A stretch of DNA of 64,000 nucleotides from Candidatus Kapaibacterium sp. GTDB lineage: Bacteria > Bacteroidota > Ignavibacteria > Kapaibacteriales > UBA2268. Position 1 is the first letter of the stretch. The number at the start of each line of letters is the position of its first letter. The notes beneath the pieces are model-generated. The model did not search any database. It was not told where the DNA came from and saw nothing but the letters and a program-made list of their open reading frames with translations. The stretch is from contig OY762428.1 of the NCBI GenBank assembly GCA_963665665.1, forward strand, positions 1,312,001 to 1,376,000, in the 5' to 3' direction. A program made the translations under genes and the position numbers. Shown piece after piece: positions 62,351 through 64,000 of the stretch.

Positions 62351-63820
62351 CTATTCAATCACAATCATTTCATACGCCGGGGGTTGGCCCGGCATTTCAA
62401 TACCAATTATATAAGTTCCGGGATGATACAAGTTATCCAGGACAAACTGAATACTGTTATCGCCAAGAAAATATGCGCCGAAGCTCTCAATCAGCTCACC
62501 ACGAATTGTATATATTCTTACCTCAGCTCTTCCGCTGAAGTTCCCAGTTGGTTCAATATTTATCTCATCCCCATTTTTGGCAGGGTTGGGAAAAACGCTG
62601 AATTGCTTCTTATATCTTTCATCATATTGCAGGACACCGTTGCCATCTGGGAAGTATGAAGCTATCCAGTCGTTCAGCATGCAGAAAACATTATCAGGTG
62701 AATAGCCTTTCAGGCAGTCCATACCTGTCCAGTAATCTATTGATGTATATTCCCCATTGCTGATGTCTTTATCGAAATGCTGAATAGTCCAGGTTTTACC
62801 GGCATCCGTAGTGTGATAAAAATATTGGTAACTGATTCCGGTTAGTTCTGTCTTCTTGGAATAATGTGGATTTGTGATATAGTTCAGGCTGTCCAGATAT
62901 ACAAATTCATCCAGGCCCACACTGTAGGAACTATCTTTCTCGAACAGAAGGTTTTCCCAGCTTTCACCGCCATCGGTTGTGCGGTACAGGACAGAAACAA
63001 GATAATCCGATTCCGGGTATTCAGGGTCTCTTTTCCCTCCCCACATAAACCCGAGATTCTCATCAATAAAATCAATCTGGCGGCATAATACACTATCCGT
63101 ATTTGGATATTCCTCCCAGGTTTTGCCCCGGTCAGTGGATTTCATTAATGAGAAGTTATCAGGCTGAAAATCTCCACCAGTGCCATCCCTGAAATAATCC
63201 AAGTTGTATTTTTGATAATAAAATATATTATTAAACCATTCAATACTATTATATACTAAACTGTCTTTACTAACTATTATGGTATCAATAGTAGCAAAAT
63301 CATCAGATGTTGTGTGAAAATACCCCCGCCATCCAACAAATCCAACAATTCCCTTACCGTCGCCAATCATATTAGCAATTCCGATCCTTTCAGATTTATA
63401 ATTTTCATCACTCCCAAGAGGTACATCAGGCGTCATCTCTTTAACATTCCAGTTATCTCCCCCGTCTGTAGTTTTCAGAAAAAGGCGGGATTCTTTAAAA
63501 AAGAAATACATTACATTGTCATCTACAACATACATATCAATTGGTTGATCAATATATTCCCCCGGATACCCCTGATAGCTTTTTCCAAAACCATTCTTTA
63601 TTCTCAATGCATTCGTCCAACTTTTACCTTTGTCAGAAGTTTTCATTATCGTAAGATATTTCGAATCAGACATTCCTTCATCCCAGAAAAAAAGATCACC
63701 ATCAGGAGTGACATTCAGTGTCCTCATATAAATAGCATTCAAAAAACCTGTTATTCGCCATTCACCGTAGCAAAGGGTTATGGGAATAAAAATCAATATC
63801 AGGGTTAGTATCTTTTTCAT
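62351..63820 (-). CDS. BNR/Ycf48-like T9SS protein (paralogue A4)
   Basis: As A1; start placed at MKKILTL. Confidence 0.85.
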   Translation of the reverse strand: MKKILTLILIFIPITLCYGEWRITGFLNAIYMRTLNVTPDGDLFFWDEGMSDSKYLTIMKTSDKGKSWTNALRIKNGFGKSYQGYPGEYIDQPIDMYVVDDNVMYFFFKESRLFLKTTDGGDNWNVKEMTPDVPLGSDENYKSERIGIANMIGDGKGIVGFVGWRGYFHTTSDDFATIDTIIVSKDSLVYNSIEWFNNIFYYQKYNLDYFRDGTGGDFQPDNFSLMKSTDRGKTWEEYPNTDSVLCRQIDFIDENLGFMWGGKRDPEYPESDYLVSVLYRTTDGGESWENLLFEKDSSYSVGLDEFVYLDSLNYITNPHYSKKTELTGISYQYFYHTTDAGKTWTIQHFDKDISNGEYTSIDYWTGMDCLKGYSPDNVFCMLNDWIASYFPDGNGVLQYDERYKKQFSVFPNPAKNGDEINIEPTGNFSGRAEVRIYTIRGELIESFGAYFLGDNSIQFVLDNLYHPGTYIIGIEMPGQPPAYEMIVIE

Positions 63821-63830
63821 AAACAAACAC

Positions 63831-64000
63831 CTATTCAATCACAATAATTTCATACGCCGGGGGCTGGCCCTGCATTTCAATACCTATTACATAAGTTCCG
63901 GGAGGATAAAAGTTATCCAGGACAAACTGAATACTGTTACCGCCAAGGAGATATGCGGCGAAGCTCTCAATTATTTCGCCACGGATTGTATATATTTTAA
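63831..64000 (-). CDS. 3' end of another A-type paralogue (A5, truncated by window edge)
   Basis: 63831-63970 nearly identical to the 3' end of A3 (59569 onward), encoding ...PPAYEIIVIE*. Confidence 0.8.
   Translation of the reverse strand, partial: KIYTIRGEIIESFAAYLLGGNSIQFVLDNFYPPGTYVIGIEMQGQPPAYEIIVIE

Noticed and set aside
55310-64000. Diversity-generating retroelement
   Set aside because: No reverse transcriptase in the window; differences are whole-block swaps, not adenine-specific substitutions

Overview
AT-rich bacterial window, probably from the FCB superphylum (many proteins end in T9SS type-A-like sorting domains; Kapabacteria/Ignavibacteria-like is an inference). 1-29.2 kb is mostly ordinary: GT4 glycosyltransferase, two PAS histidine kinases, OmpA-domain protein, M29 aminopeptidase, MFS and MsbA-like transporters, TlpA, two T9SS cargo proteins, speB, dapD, a TonB-receptor x2/YfiR/kinase module and hemC. 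29.3-44.9 kb is an accessory island dense in palindromic repeats. It holds a Type IIG/ISP-like restriction-modification gene split into two ORFs, with two passenger cassettes (dinD, KilA-N) between them. Each passenger carries a 28-30 bp palindrome inside its coding sequence and a co-varying second copy just outside the gene. The RM C-terminal half has in-frame palindromic insertions, one hit by an intact IS4-family element (19-bp TIR, 11-bp TSD). Downstream are two putative HEPN proteins, a protease with a beta-barrel-like tail, an FN3 protein and an array of ~132-bp palindromic units with three identical DUF559 endonuclease genes, each bracketed by inverted hairpin sites. 45.2-64 kb carries a signal-peptide-bearing RHS toxin (GIY-YIG-like tip), three candidate immunity genes and a tandem, mosaic array of T9SS-secreted paralogues. 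Family calls are from motif recognition only; no searches were run.
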